NCBI GenBank assembly: GCA_032718475.1 | Contig: JAUCBJ010005202.1 | Span: forward strand, 1-64,000 | Source: Nemertoderma westbladi | Taxonomy: Eukaryota > Animalia > Xenacoelomorpha | Reading direction: 5' to 3' | Length of the DNA: 64,000 nucleotides | Notes under the pieces: model-generated | Databases searched by the model: none | Told to the model about the DNA's origin: nothing | What the model saw: only the letters and a program-made list of their open reading frames with translations | In this document: piece by piece, positions 14,743-27,596 of the stretch | Numbering within the stretch: position 1 is the first letter of the stretch | Layout: each line of letters starts with the position of its first letter | Program-made: the position numbers and the translations under genes

Positions 14743-15528
14743 CTAACATCTTAATATCCGGTACCATTGAATTGATTTTAAAGCAAAAGCTGTATCCTTG
14801 TTTTCAATTACCCCCGCCTGAACTATCACAATTGATTGCTTACCTGTACCTGGTCTTTGTTGCGGAATGATTGCTTGACTCCGGGGAGGTCTGTCTTGAA
14901 TTAGACCCGCCTTTCTTCCCTTTTCAAACATTATCTCCTGTAAGTTCTCCATATCGTGTTGGGCTGCATTATGCAATGCTCGAGCTAGTGGTCTAACCTG
15001 AGACTTTTTTTTTCTGTAATCCTCAACAGATTTGAGAATGATGACAAACTCTTCATTGTTAATGCGATGATCAATTAAAGCCTTACTTACCAAACCATTC
15101 ACTGTGGTAAATTTACTTTCTGCGAGCATGAGAATTCGTTCGTGTCTCTCCATTTTACGCAGAAATAGTTTCTGTATGACATTGAAACCCGCTGATGTTG
15201 CGCCTGTGATGGCCCCAACATACGCTAAAGGTTCAGCCACAGATTCATTTAGACCTTTGGCCAATGCCCCAACTATACATGCAGAGCTTGTAAAACCGAA
15301 CAACGTATTTGTGTAAAGTAAACAGTTGTATAACCATTTAAATCTAGTTCGGGAATCCCCATGTTCTTGTGTCTCTTGTTTCAAGTAGTCTCTGGCTTCT
15401 GATATCTCTTTCAAACGGAAAGTTTGTGTGTATGATGGTCCCAGAACTCCAGTACTCTTTATTCCCAATTGTTTTTGCTCATCCACGTCTACAGCCTCTA
15501 ATGGTTTGTCAACATCTGTTGCTGCCAT
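14743..15528 (-). CDS. 261-aa ORF with two hydrophobic helices, resembling a Maverick/Polinton (adintovirus) accessory membrane protein family
   Basis: Long open frame in AT-rich DNA, with pattern FRLKEISE...two Gly/Ala-rich helices...KMERHERILMLAESKFTTVNGLVSKALID..INNEEF..IL...EDY. The family resemblance is from memory, not from a search. Confidence 0.6.
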   Translation of the reverse strand: MAATDVDKPLEAVDVDEQKQLGIKSTGVLGPSYTQTFRLKEISEARDYLKQETQEHGDSRTRFKWLYNCLLYTNTLFGFTSSACIVGALAKGLNESVAEPLAYVGAITGATSAGFNVIQKLFLRKMERHERILMLAESKFTTVNGLVSKALIDHRINNEEFVIILKSVEDYRKKKSQVRPLARALHNAAQHDMENLQEIMFEKGRKAGLIQDRPPRSQAIIPQQRPGTGKQSIVIVQAGVIENKDTAFALKSIQWYRILRC

Positions 15529-16776
15529 TATAAATGTTTTTAATTATTGACAAATAAATTAATTATTATGTTTACCATTTAAAAAATGAGGATAGGAAGT
15601 AACAGTGCATAGACAGTAATATCATAGTACCTAATGGTTTTTATCACTGATAAAATATTCTTTATTAATATATTAAATATTTACAATATTATGGTGAAGT
15701 TGTGAAAAGTCATCTTTCGAACAAAACGAAGTGCTAAAAATGTCCCTAGCATTTGATCTCTTTTTGATCGCATTTTCTTTGATATATTGTAATCACCACT
15801 TTTGTTGGGTATCCCTGTTGGTATTAATCGACTATATTTTATTCTATATAATATGAGCACAATACGGATATTGATTTTTTTGGATGATCCTGTTTTACTG
15901 CTACTAGATATATATATATACTATATTAATAACTCTAATCTCTATTAACTAGTTAAATATTGATTCACACTCATCTAACGACATAAATTAAGAAATTGGA
16001 AGGATTGGGTTGCCCTTAGAAAACTGTACCGGGCTATAAAGCGTTGTACAAATACCAGGGGGGGGGGGTGTCATATTGACCCTCCCCCCCTTCGAAAATC
16101 TACAAATTTTAACAAAAACAAAAAAAATTTAGTATTATCGGTTATTTTGCAGCACCAAAATTACAAGTAGTGAACAATTTCATAAAATTTGAAAGTTAAA
16201 ATTTTCGGATAATTGTTTTTCAATACAGGTATTCTGGTGCGTAAAATCCATTGGAAAATACTGAAAGATAATCTGAAGTATAAATGGCTGTTTTAATCCT
16301 CTACGTAAGCAAAAAATGAAAAAAACAAGTAACCAGCACTTTTCAGTATGAACATAAAATTATTAATGCACTTATACGATGCCGTAATTTCACATTTTTA
16401 GGTTTTCTGGGGCGCTGATTCTAATGGAATATATTTCTAATTTGCCAGATTATTGCTAATCGTATTTTTCGGCGTAATATGGCAAATTTTGGTGCTAGCA
16501 CCAAATTCCGTACCCATCACCAAAAAGTGCAAGTTTGCGATGTCTAGTGCGGTTTTTATTGATTCCATCGGATTTAGGACCCTCAAAAACCCATATAACG
16601 CAAGAAATAAGATGATACTATCTATTGCTCAATTTTAAAACATTTGGTGCTGGCACAACAATTTTCATCCATCGGCGAAAAATACAAGTTTGAGAACTCT
16701 TATGCAATTTTCAATTATTCCATTGAATTCAGAACCCTCATAAACCCGTATAACGCAAGAAATAAGGTGACATAAT

Positions 16777-19700
16777 GACAAATTTGCGCATTAGTTGCGT
16801 GAAATCGAGTAGGTAGGTCTAGTGCTTTTAGTGCTCTTAGTCAGGTCAGGTCCCCAGATCCTGCTACCACTATGGCAGTAATGTGGTACTACCTGTAGCT
16901 GTCAGCCCAGTAGGGCAGGCCCGATAAGCAATAAGCATAGCCTATTCATTATTTAGTTGATCAAGAGTGGGTTGGTTCAGCCCCGTCAACTAAATAAGTC
17001 ATTGAGGGCTATAGCGCCTAGGGCACCATTGAAGGCAAAGGCTTGATACGCATCTGCATTAGAGATGATACACGCCCCGCCCTGTCTATACTGGATGCTC
17101 CTCTACCAGTGTTAGGTAACCTAACCCAGGAGGCACACTTGGTTCAGGGTGTAACAAATGGACCCCTTCAGTCGGCAGCAGGGCTGTAGGCCATGGATAG
17201 GCGGAAGGTAATCAACCAACGGCTAGACATGCTGACAAGGTCGGCGGAAGGTAATCAACCAACGGCGACCTACTGCGAAGACGCTTGTAGGAGTTGCGAC
17301 CACAAGCGGTTTACCCCCGCAACTGAAAGATATGAGTATGAGAACCCTCCAGGAGAAATACCGGCTCGGTCGTCGCCCGGGTTAACAAGGACCGCGTCCC
17401 TCAGTGGTACACCAGGCTGGGGTCGATAAATTGGCTACTGGAACAGAAGACAGAGAAGAAAGAAGAACCAACCTGTTGAAATGTAAAAAGACACTAAAGA
17501 TTGCTACAATGAACGCACGCACGCTGAAAGCACAGAGCAAACAGGGTGGCATGGTCGCTCTGGCAATGGAATATAACATCGACATCATCTGCATCCAAGA
17601 ACATCGGATTTGTCATGAAGACAATGCCATGAAGTACAATGACATTGGAAATGGATGGACGTTAGTAACAAGCTCAGCAGTAAGAAACTAGGCCAATGCA
17701 TCAATTGGTGGAGTAGGAATTCTGCTAAGCCCATTTGCACTTAAGACCCTAAACAACATCGAATCTATAAATTCCAGGGTTATGATCGCAACATTTGATG
17801 GGAATCCCAAGACAACAGTTATATGTTGCTACAGTCCAACCAATGCATCAGAGCCAGAACAAGCAGTCAAGTTTTATGAAGAACTGACTGGACTTATTAA
17901 GGACATCCCGAAACACAATGTTAAAGTCATTGCTGGTGACCTGAATGCGCAAATTGGCCCAGAAGACATGAAGGGTTACACCTATAACACCAGTTCTAAC
18001 ATAAATAGGTACTTACTCTTAGACCTAATGGAAGAATGTGAATTGATACCAACAAACAACACATTCGAAAAGAGTAAGGGGAAGCTATGGACCTTTCAAT
18101 ACCCTAATGGAACCAAAGCACAACTGGATTACATCCTTATAAACAAAAAGTGGAGAAATAGCATGATCAACTGCGAGGCATACAGCTCGTTCAACCTAAT
18201 TGGTTCGGACCACAGAATTGTGACTGCAGAGATCAGACTCAGTTTGAGAGCCAGCAAACCCAGGACAAGCAAGCATATCAACTATGACTGGGAGAAACTC
18301 AGAACTGACAATGCTGTAAAGGATGCTTATACAGTAGAAGTTCAAAACCGCTTTGAAGCACTTCAGTCAATGGATGAAGACCAATCCACCGATTCAATAT
18401 ACCAGAATATAATAACAGCCCACAAGGAATCAGCTAAGAGGCATATCCCCCAGAAACCTAAACGAAAACAGTATGTGCCATGGCAAAACTCTGAGGTTAC
18501 TTGTAAGAGAGAAGATCTTAAGATAGCCTACAAAGTTAAAACCGAACAACCAGCAACCGAAAACATTAACAAGGTTGAGAAAGCGAAGGACGATCTTAAA
18601 TTGGCCTACAACATCAGCCAGGAAAAGTACATACAGGATAAAACTGAAGCAATTACAACAGCTCACATACAGCAACAATCAAGACTTACCTGGCAAACTG
18701 TAAATGAGGTATCTGGTCGGAAAAGTTGTGCAAAGGGGCGCCTCAAAGCCGATAGTCCTGAAGAACGTGTTGGGAAGTGGAAAAATCACTTCAGCAACTT
18801 GCTTGGGCAGCCACCAAACATCGAGGTCAGCCCTACAAGGAAAATATATGACAAGACACTACCTATAGAAACAGGGGACTTCACACCTGCCGAACTCCAA
18901 AGAAGCATTAAAAGCATGTCCAATAATAAAGCGAGTGGATTAGATGAAATCCCAGCGGAGGTATGGAAAACCGGAGTGCTAAATAGTCCATTATTGAATG
19001 TTTGCAACTGGATGTTAAAAGGGGAAAAGCCACCACCAATTTGGACTAAAGGTCAACTAAAGCCTCTCCCCAAGAAAGGAGACCTCGGCATACCAACAAA
19101 CTATCGTGGGATCTGTCTGCTTGTGGTAGCTGCCAAAATATACAATAAAATGATTCTATATAGGATTAGGCCTCACATAGAGAAACTACTGCGTAAGAGC
19201 CAAAACGGATTTCGACCAAGTAGATCAACAATAGCTCAGATACTTGCACTACGGAGACTGATTGAAGGAATTAGGTCAAAGAATCTCCCCGCAGTCATGA
19301 CTTTTGTGGACTTCAAGAAGGCATTCGACTCCATCCATAGAGGTAAAATGCTTGAAATCCTAAGAGCTTATGGAATACCAGAAGTAATTGTTGCTGGCAT
19401 TGGATTGCTATATTGTGACACAGAAGCGCAGGTACTCTCACCAGATGGTGAAACTGAGTTTTTCTCAATCCTGGCTGGCGTACTGCAAGGTGACACATTA
19501 GCACCATTACTATTTGTAATTGTGCTGGATTACGCAATGAGGACGGCCACAAAGGGTGAAGATCTGGGATTCACACTTCAACAACGCAGAAGTAGTAGAT
19601 ATCCGGCAACTACAGTCACAGACACTGACTTTGCGGATGACATCGCCCTGCTCTCTAATACGCTAGCAGATGCACAGCTTCTACTAATTAAAGTGGAGAG

Positions 19701-19945
19701 GGCTGCTAAGGAGGTTGGATTGCATATAAATGCTACCAAGACCGAATTCATGACCTTTAATGTTGATGGAAACTTGACAACCATTGATAATAATCAACTA
19801 AGGAAGGTCGATGACTTCCAGTACCTTGGATCATGGATAGAGAGTAGCAAAAAGGACATAGAAGTTAGGAATGCAAAGGCTTGGGTAGCTCTATCAAAAA
19901 TGGATACCATCTGGAAATCAGATCTCTCCAGGCACCTGAAGACCA
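16777..19945 (+). mobile_element. RTE family B: 5' UTR + APE endonuclease + RT, 3'-truncated
   Basis: APE motifs (IATMNARTL, ICIQEHR, AGDLNA, LDYIL, SDHRIV) and RT motifs (FVDFKKAFDSI, GVLQGD, FADD). Flanked by ATAAT at 16772-16776 and 19946-19950. Confidence 0.93.
17404..19945 (+). pseudogene. RTE-B APE-RT ORF with one in-frame TAG (17689-17691) and missing C-terminus
   Basis: ORFs 17404-17691 and 17782-19989 share a frame, and the bridge reads ANASIGGVGILLS, an APE motif. Confidence 0.88.
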
Positions 19946-22039
19946 ATAATCAATTAATATATTTGATGGTTTTCAAAATTTCGTGCTAGCACCAAATTTT
20001 GCACACAGCGCCGAAAAATACAAGTTTGATACGCTTGGTGCAACTCGAATTTATTCCATCGAAACCAGAACCCCAAAAAACCCCTATTGCGCAAAAATCA
20101 GGTTCGAACAATAATAAATTTACAAAATTGACATATTTCAAATTTTGTTGCTGGCACCAAAATTGGCACCTGCCGAAATAAACAAGTTTGAAATTTCTAA
20201 ATTTATGTATATGAATTCCATCTAATTGTAAATAACAAAGAACCGGTGTAAATCAAAAATAGAGATGTTACAAATCATATTTACTGAAATATAATTTTCA
20301 AAAAACGCCTCAAAAAAATGCCAAAAGTAGGGTTAAAAAATGGTGCTATAACTCGGAAAACTTCCTAATATTTTTGAAAACGTTTTCACTATTAGGAAGA
20401 CAATAGATTTTTAGGAAAAGTCATAAAATGTCAGATTCCCCACCGCGTTTGATTCGGAGTTATAAAAAAAAACCACGGGGGGGGGGGGGTCATATTGACC
20501 CCCCCCCCCCCCCCCCCCCTCGGGTTTAATAGGTCTAAGTTCTGGAATTCCACAATGGTCCGTTTAATTCACCTTATACAAAACTAGTACCGAGTTGCAA
20601 TCCAATTATATTCTAGTACATCCAATTTATATGGTATGAGAGCTCCATATTTACCATGGCAACAGGCAGGGACACTAGGGGTCGCGCATAAACACTAGGA
20701 TGCTGACTATGGTGAACAACACACCCCATGAATGATCTATGGACGAAAATAATCAAAGATTCATTGTTTATTATTCACTGGTAAAACCGAAAGTATCACC
20801 CTGCAGAAACACCGTCTGTCTCGGATTTATAAGATGTTTCCACGATTCAACCACTGAATGTATCATAGCTCCCCTCTGCCAAATCTGAAGACCAGTCATC
20901 CTCAGCTCTGTGCTGACTTACCGAAAGGATACAGGCCTAGGAGTTTCAGTGGTGAGTCATAATAGGGCAGACTACTCACACTAATGTAGGTTTATTCTAT
21001 AGTATTCAATCACTACTCACTATTATAGAATATATGACATCGAATATCATCATTACCTAAGAATACAACATTGTTTGGAATGGTGATAATTCGATTTTTA
21101 TTATATTGTTTCATCTGTTACGAAATTGTAACTGGTTCGACCACGGATTGAATACGGGACATCGCAGCGAGTAGCGAAAGTTTTACGATCGGTGACAAAT
21201 TTACTTTATTTTTATATTCTATTTTTACTTATATTTTTACTATTTTACTTATAACTGAATGTGGTAAATATTTAATTAATTTCATTAACAAACATTTAAA
21301 AACAATAATTATATGCCAAAAGTGTGTAGAACCATTATCATCGTGCAGTAACCATTACATTAAATTTTGGCAATACAACTGACTGTATTTTTTAGGACTT
21401 GCCAACTATATAGTCAGTGGTTTTGGTTACGGTCAGTAATTAGGATGAGTAGCTAACTAAATGAGCCAAGTAATGATAATAAGAATGACGCCTTCACTAA
21501 CTCTATAACACCGTTACTAAATAATTATAGACATAAATACAGTACAATATTTTGCTACGACTACTGCACTGCAGTTTCTTCCAAAGAAATAACTTGGGTT
21601 GGAATTGTTTCCCCTCAAACAACGGTACAAATACCTCAGGTTCAACCCAGGGCTACATACTATTCTTATGGGTACAAAATTAATATTCTTGGGATTAATT
21701 CAACTGGACTGTCGACGCTACACATATAGAGTTCTGCAGTAATCCCCCTTTGTTGTCTTTCTTGTAGGAAAGGTTACCACCGCGACCGGGTGCATTACTT
21801 CTTCCCTTGTGACGAAGATGGTTTCAAAATAGAATTTAATCTGGTTAACAAATAGAATAACATATTTTACAGATGAAGTGCCGCTAAGGAAATTTACATT
21901 CGCCTTTAAATTTGAATTGATTTATTTTTCTTTATGATAAAGCATAGATATTACTGAATTGGTGCATTTTTAATAGCATTAAATTTAATTATATTTTAAT
22001 TTTACCATATGAAAAATATAAAAATGAATTGGATGTGAG

Positions 22040-22304
22040 AATCTTTTAGGCTTGTTAGGAGGTCAAGGAATGCATGTTCTCCACCATTATGGGTGATGTT
22101 TCGCAATAAACCATTCCTCTACTGTTTCCCAAGTTGCCTTTGTTCCAATTTCTCGACAAAGTCAAGGATGAAAGCCAGGGTTAGGCTAGGCTGCAGCGTT
22201 TAATGCACTGTGCCGAAACAGTGCTGCCCCTTCTAGGGATCGAACCAGGGCTTCCTAATTGGAAGCCCAGCCCCTGGAATGTCACCACTAGACCAAGCTG
22301 CTGC
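22040..22304 (-). mobile_element. tRNA-derived SINE
   Basis: Minus-strand A box TGGTCTAGTGG (22285-22295) and B box GGTTCGATCCC (22236-22246), followed by a ~190-bp body. Confidence 0.65.
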
Positions 22305-23100
22305 TTGGTCTAAAAATTCCAATAAAATTATAAATAAATTATAATAATTGACTCTTAGAATTCTTAGTTTTTGATCTTATAATACATTTGTAATTAATAT
22401 AAGTGGAATTTTCGAAATCTCATTTCAGCTATTCATCAACGTAAAAAATGAATATTAAAAAACTTAAAAAAACATAAAAAAACTTCATGGCCACCTTTCC
22501 AGCGGTACGAAAGGAAAGGTGTAACGCTGTAACGGTGTAACGTATAGCTGTGACGCAACTGATACAATATTGCTAATTGATTGAAATCATACTTTTTCCA
22601 AAACATGCAGAAACAGTTTGAAAACGTTAGATACTGTAATGTAAATAATGTCTCATTCTGACTAGAATTCCGGAAACCACAACGAGAAAAATCTATGTTA
22701 TTATTATTATTTTTTTTGGGGGGGGGGGGGGGGGGGGTGTGGGGTCACTAAACCTAAGACACAAAAAACAGGTCATAAGGACATCTGTCAAGAATCAAAA
22801 TAATTTAAATTCATTTATCACAAATATCAAAATAATTATTATTTCCTTTGATCTTTTGATATTACTACACCAATATTATGTCATAGAAGCAGAAAAAAAG
22901 TTAAAATTTCCAAAATGTTGCCAGAAGTCGTTTATCGTAATTCTCGTAATTCTCGTAGGAAGTCAAATCAATTGCTCAACTATTGTTAACCACATCCGCT
23001 GTTGTCTTTCCAATAACAAGGATAAGCTGAAACATAAAAAGAATTAAATTCAAAATGCATTATGTTTGAGGCATGGTAGTTTAGATTATTCTTAAAATCA

Positions 23101-23290
23101 CATCCGTACCGATAACACATTCGTACCAATAACACATTCGTACCAATAACACATTCGTACCAATAACACATTCGTACCAATAACACATTCGTACCAATAA
23201 CACATTCGTACCAATAACACATTCGTACCAATAACACATTCGTACCAATAACACATTCGTACCAATAACACATTCGTACCAATAACACAT
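23101..23290. repeat. 17-bp minisatellite (CATTCGTACCAATAACA), about 11 copies
   Basis: Direct inspection. The overlapping ORFs repeat every 17 aa. Confidence 0.97.
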
Positions 23291-26200
23291 CTATTAAAAA
23301 GTACAGTAAACAAAAGACCTTTTACTGTTAAAAAAAAGTACATTAAACAAAATACCTTTTACTGTTAAAAGATACACCCTGAGGACAGTCTACTGTTAAA
23401 AGCACCCCAGGGTGGTCTTTCCATTTGATATGTTTGTATTTTCAAATGAAACGAATTTAATCAAGCTATAACACATCAAGCTAATCGTCCTAAATATAAG
23501 CCAAACAGAGATAACCAAAACAATAAATCTGATTTGACTTCCTAAGCTACTTAATATGAGTGCGGGTGACTTCGCACTCGGCGTTCACTTTCCACAGAGA
23601 AATACAGGCAGTTTGTTGGACAGAACAATGTCGAATGTGAGAATATTTTAATTTGCAAAGAAATGGGATATTAATGTTAGCTTATTCAATTCCGCTAACC
23701 ACCCCATAAAGTGAGCCGTTAAGCAATATTGGGGAACACGAGGGTGATCAATCAACCTCGTGTCACCCCAACAAAGTGGGAAGGAGAAACCCCAGAGAAC
23801 ACACACACAATAGGGGTCAGGGGTTACACCCCTGAGAGAGAGGAGAGTAACAGCAGCGGGGGGGGGGGGGGGGGGGGGAAACACCACCGCAGGGCAGAGG
23901 GTGTGAAATAGGTTATTAGCCAATGGGGGGGAAGGCATCGGCTGAGTAGTATAGTGCGGCCAACCGTGCAATATATATTACCAGTTGATTGTGTCATTTA
24001 ATCAGTTTAGTTAGTCAGATCAGTTAGGGTGGAACGGCAACATCTATTACCGTCCACTACCGTCACCATATCATTTAATCAGTATTTACCGGTATATCAT
24101 TTTAAACCTATTGACCGTGCTCGCACTACTCGTTTATTATATTTTATACATATGAACTTCAGGACTCTCAACTTAACTGACCCTTTTCATACACACGGCG
24201 GGGACGCGTAAATAGAGAAACCCAAATGGATAAATCGGGATCCGTAGATCCCGTCACAATTAATTACCTTAGTGTCGATACTTTGGCCTTGTGCTGATTG
24301 AATTCTGCAATCTTACTACTGTGCTAATCTAGCTACCGTTGTAAACCTGCTAACCCGCTACTATCACATAACCGCCTAGCGTCGAATATCCTAAAGTATT
24401 TCTAAACGTAATTTACTCGAACTATTCTCCGCTATGCAGCGTACAAACTCTTAATTTTATTCGAAGTGCTAAAATAAATTACAGTGTCTCCAATATACAG
24501 AGTTGCGTACTAATTGCTAAGTATTCCAGAATACGTACTACTAATTAATTACGCTATTTGGTTATACTAGCAACAGCCTAAATACTGTATTATTTGACCT
24601 AACAGCAATTAACAAGCATAAATTAGAAATCGAAACAATCAAGAAAATAGTGCCTATCTAAACATCGAATCAAGAATAAGGCACTTTCTAGACAACACAA
24701 CATAAAGCAGCATTAGTGGCGCGGCATTCCTAGTGCTAGCGTGGAACTAGTTTAAAAGGTCAAGGCCACCCAAGCTAAACGTGGTCTCCCTAGCTAAACC
24801 CATTAAAACAGCGCTACAGCCAAACAATACTAAGACAAAATCTTGTTCGCCAGCCCCCTAACAGCCGTAACGGCGACCGGTCCCCCCCCCCGGTCTTCCA
24901 CTCTGGTTCGCCCGACCACAACTACTAGCCCCCGCCAGCATTGCCACAGATTGGATCCTCCACCTCTCCTTTCGTCGCTTCCAACAGTGCGCCCGCGACG
25001 CCTACCGGTACCCTTAGCCCAACATGCTAAAGCAAGTAATTACCGTATCGGCGCAAGCATGACAAACAGTCTGACAGTCGCTTAAGAGATCTTTGATTAA
25101 GATCTGCTACATTGCAAAGAATAAGAAATAATCAAGAGTAAGTCCAAACAGTAATCATATTCAAAAGTCATAAATCAAGTAACAGTTACAGCCGAAATCA
25201 GCAATTTTACAAACGAACGGAAGTACAAAATCTCAAGAAGAAAGATGGCTACTATTAAACTGCAAGAATGACGCAATGCCCAAGCCTGCTCACATGATTA
25301 GGCGCATCCAGGGTTCTCTCAGCTGGGTTTTTAGCCAACCAGTGCGCAGGACTTAATTTGGCGATCATTTAAGCACATAATCGCCTCAACTTAATTTGGC
25401 GATTATTAAAGCACAATTTAGGTATTAATTCGGTACAGCATTGGTTTATAGAGAAATATAAATGAAATTAGCACAAATACATATTAAATTCAAATGATTT
25501 CAAGAAACGGCAAATTCATATTCATATTTTATAAAAGTTTGCCACCATAAATTAATATGCTAAGGTTTTATTATAAAATTACGTAAGTAGGGCTACATAC
25601 TGTATAAAATCGGTTGAATATAAATGAACTTGTGTATTTTATTTACCCTATCTAATTACGGCTGTACATCAATACGACTTATCTAATTATTCTATACTGT
25701 ATGATGGGTTGTCTTAGTACACAACGCCATATATCGTAACACCGCTCCAAGAGAAACAAGTAATGTTTCCCTCCAATTGTAGAAGAAATAGGGCAATGTG
25801 AAATAATGAAATAAAATTTACTTTCAAACAAATCAAACATCTCAGTTCTAATGGTTCTAATAATTATAATTATTAGAACCATTAGAACATTGCAACATTT
25901 GTATGTATACATACAAATGTTGCCATTGTTATTGCATAATAATGATTACATACAAATTAATACAAATTAAGTTACAAAATACTACTTTCTTGCTATATTT
26001 ACAAATTAACATTTACTCGCTGAAATGGAACATGGCTAGGACAATGTCCCCCATTTCCCATCTCAAATTATAGAGAACAATAATAACAAAGGAACTAAAA
26101 TTTTATAAAACATGTTGGAGGTTAACTATTAAACTAAATATTATTGCGTTTTAAGGCTGATAATTAAACTAAATATAAGATACATAATTTATTGTTTATA

Positions 26201-26419
26201 GTTTATTGTTTTGGTTGAAAAAACACGTACTTACAGATAGGCCTACAGTAATACATATAAACACATATAATTGTATTGCGGTTTTTTTGGTGTATTCCAG
26301 GTATTTTTGGGAAATTCGTAGGACCCGAAACTCCCGAAAAAACGAATCGTCATTCTCTAAATCACTAAAGTTGTTGAGCACGACCAGATCGTCAAGAAGG
26401 ATGTTACTATTACTGTACA

Positions 26420-27037
26420 GTGACGGCCCTAGAAGGCCCGGTAAGGAACCGACCTTTTACTTGTGACGGGCCTAGAAGGCCCAATAAGGAACTGACCTTT
26501 TACTAGTGACGGGCCTAGAAGGCCCGATAAGGAACCGACCTTTTACTAGTGACGGGCCTAGAAGGCCCGATAAGGAACTGACCTTTTACTAGTGTTGGGC
26601 CTAGAAGGCCCGATGATGAACCGACCTTTTGCTAGTGACGGGCCTAGAAGGCCCGATAAGAAACCGACCTTTACTAGTGATGGGCCTAGAAGGCCCGATG
26701 ATGAACCGACCTTTTACTTGTGACGGGCCTAGAAGGCCCGATAAGGAACTGACCTTTTACTAGTGTTGGGCCTAGAAGGCCCGATGATGAACCGACCTTA
26801 TACTTGTGACGGGCCTAGAAGGCCCGATAAGAAACCGACCTTTACTAGTGATGGGCCTAGAAGGCCCGATAAGGAACCGACCTTTTACAAGTGATGGGCA
26901 TACTAGAAGGCCCGATAAGGAACTGACCTTTTACTAGTGTCGGGCCTAGAAGGCCCGATAAGGAACCAACCTTAAGGCCCGATAAGGAATCGACCTTTTA
27001 CTAGTGACGGGCCTAGAAGCCCCGATAAGGAGCCGAA
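26420..27037. repeat. 43-bp minisatellite with GGGCC-TAGAA-GGCCC hairpin, about 14 copies
   Basis: Unit GTGACGGGCCTAGAAGGCCCGATAAGGAACCGACCTTTTACTA. Confidence 0.95.
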
Positions 27038-27596
27038 CTATTATTTCATTAAAAAAACAGTTAACTGGTAGCAGTTATGAATTTAAGTTCCTGATTACAA
27101 ATCTGAGTTTCAAGTTAGAAATCTGAATTTCAAGTTACAAATCTGAGAGTCCTGTATAAAATTGGAGTTCCTGGTTACAAATCTGTATTCCTGGTTTCCA
27201 ATCATTGTGTTTGGTTAATTATATGAACATCCGTCGCATATTGATGTCCCTGTTTATGATTTGTTACACATGCAGTATTTACAAATCTGCATAACAAATC
27301 TGAGCACCCAGTTACACATTCAACTGCTCAGTTACAAATCCAAGTAACCAGTAATAAATTAAAGCACCATATAACAAATCTTAGTACCCATGACCAAAAG
27401 CACCATATAACAAATCTTAGTACCCATGACCAGATCAGACTGTCCGTCCAGTTACAAATTCGACTAGATTGAAAACTGGGTGTCAGTAAACTTTGTATCT
27501 GCAACATAACTTATACTGTATCTTGCAAAAGCTAATGTATTAAATATTCACATTAATACTGTGAATTCAGTTGGGATCGGTTGCTTTAGATTACAG

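Larger units (their letters stand above)
16035..20538. mobile_element. Non-autonomous DNA transposon (piggyBac-like end), interrupted by RTE family B
   Basis: G-tract/GTCATATTGAC/C-tract motif near both ends and internal GCACCAAA/TTTGGTGC repeats. Homologous to 33860-35408. Confidence 0.7.

Noticed and set aside
23650-25340. Possible LTR-retrotransposon leader or gag remnant
   Set aside because: No recognisable protein motif, primer-binding site or paired LTR.
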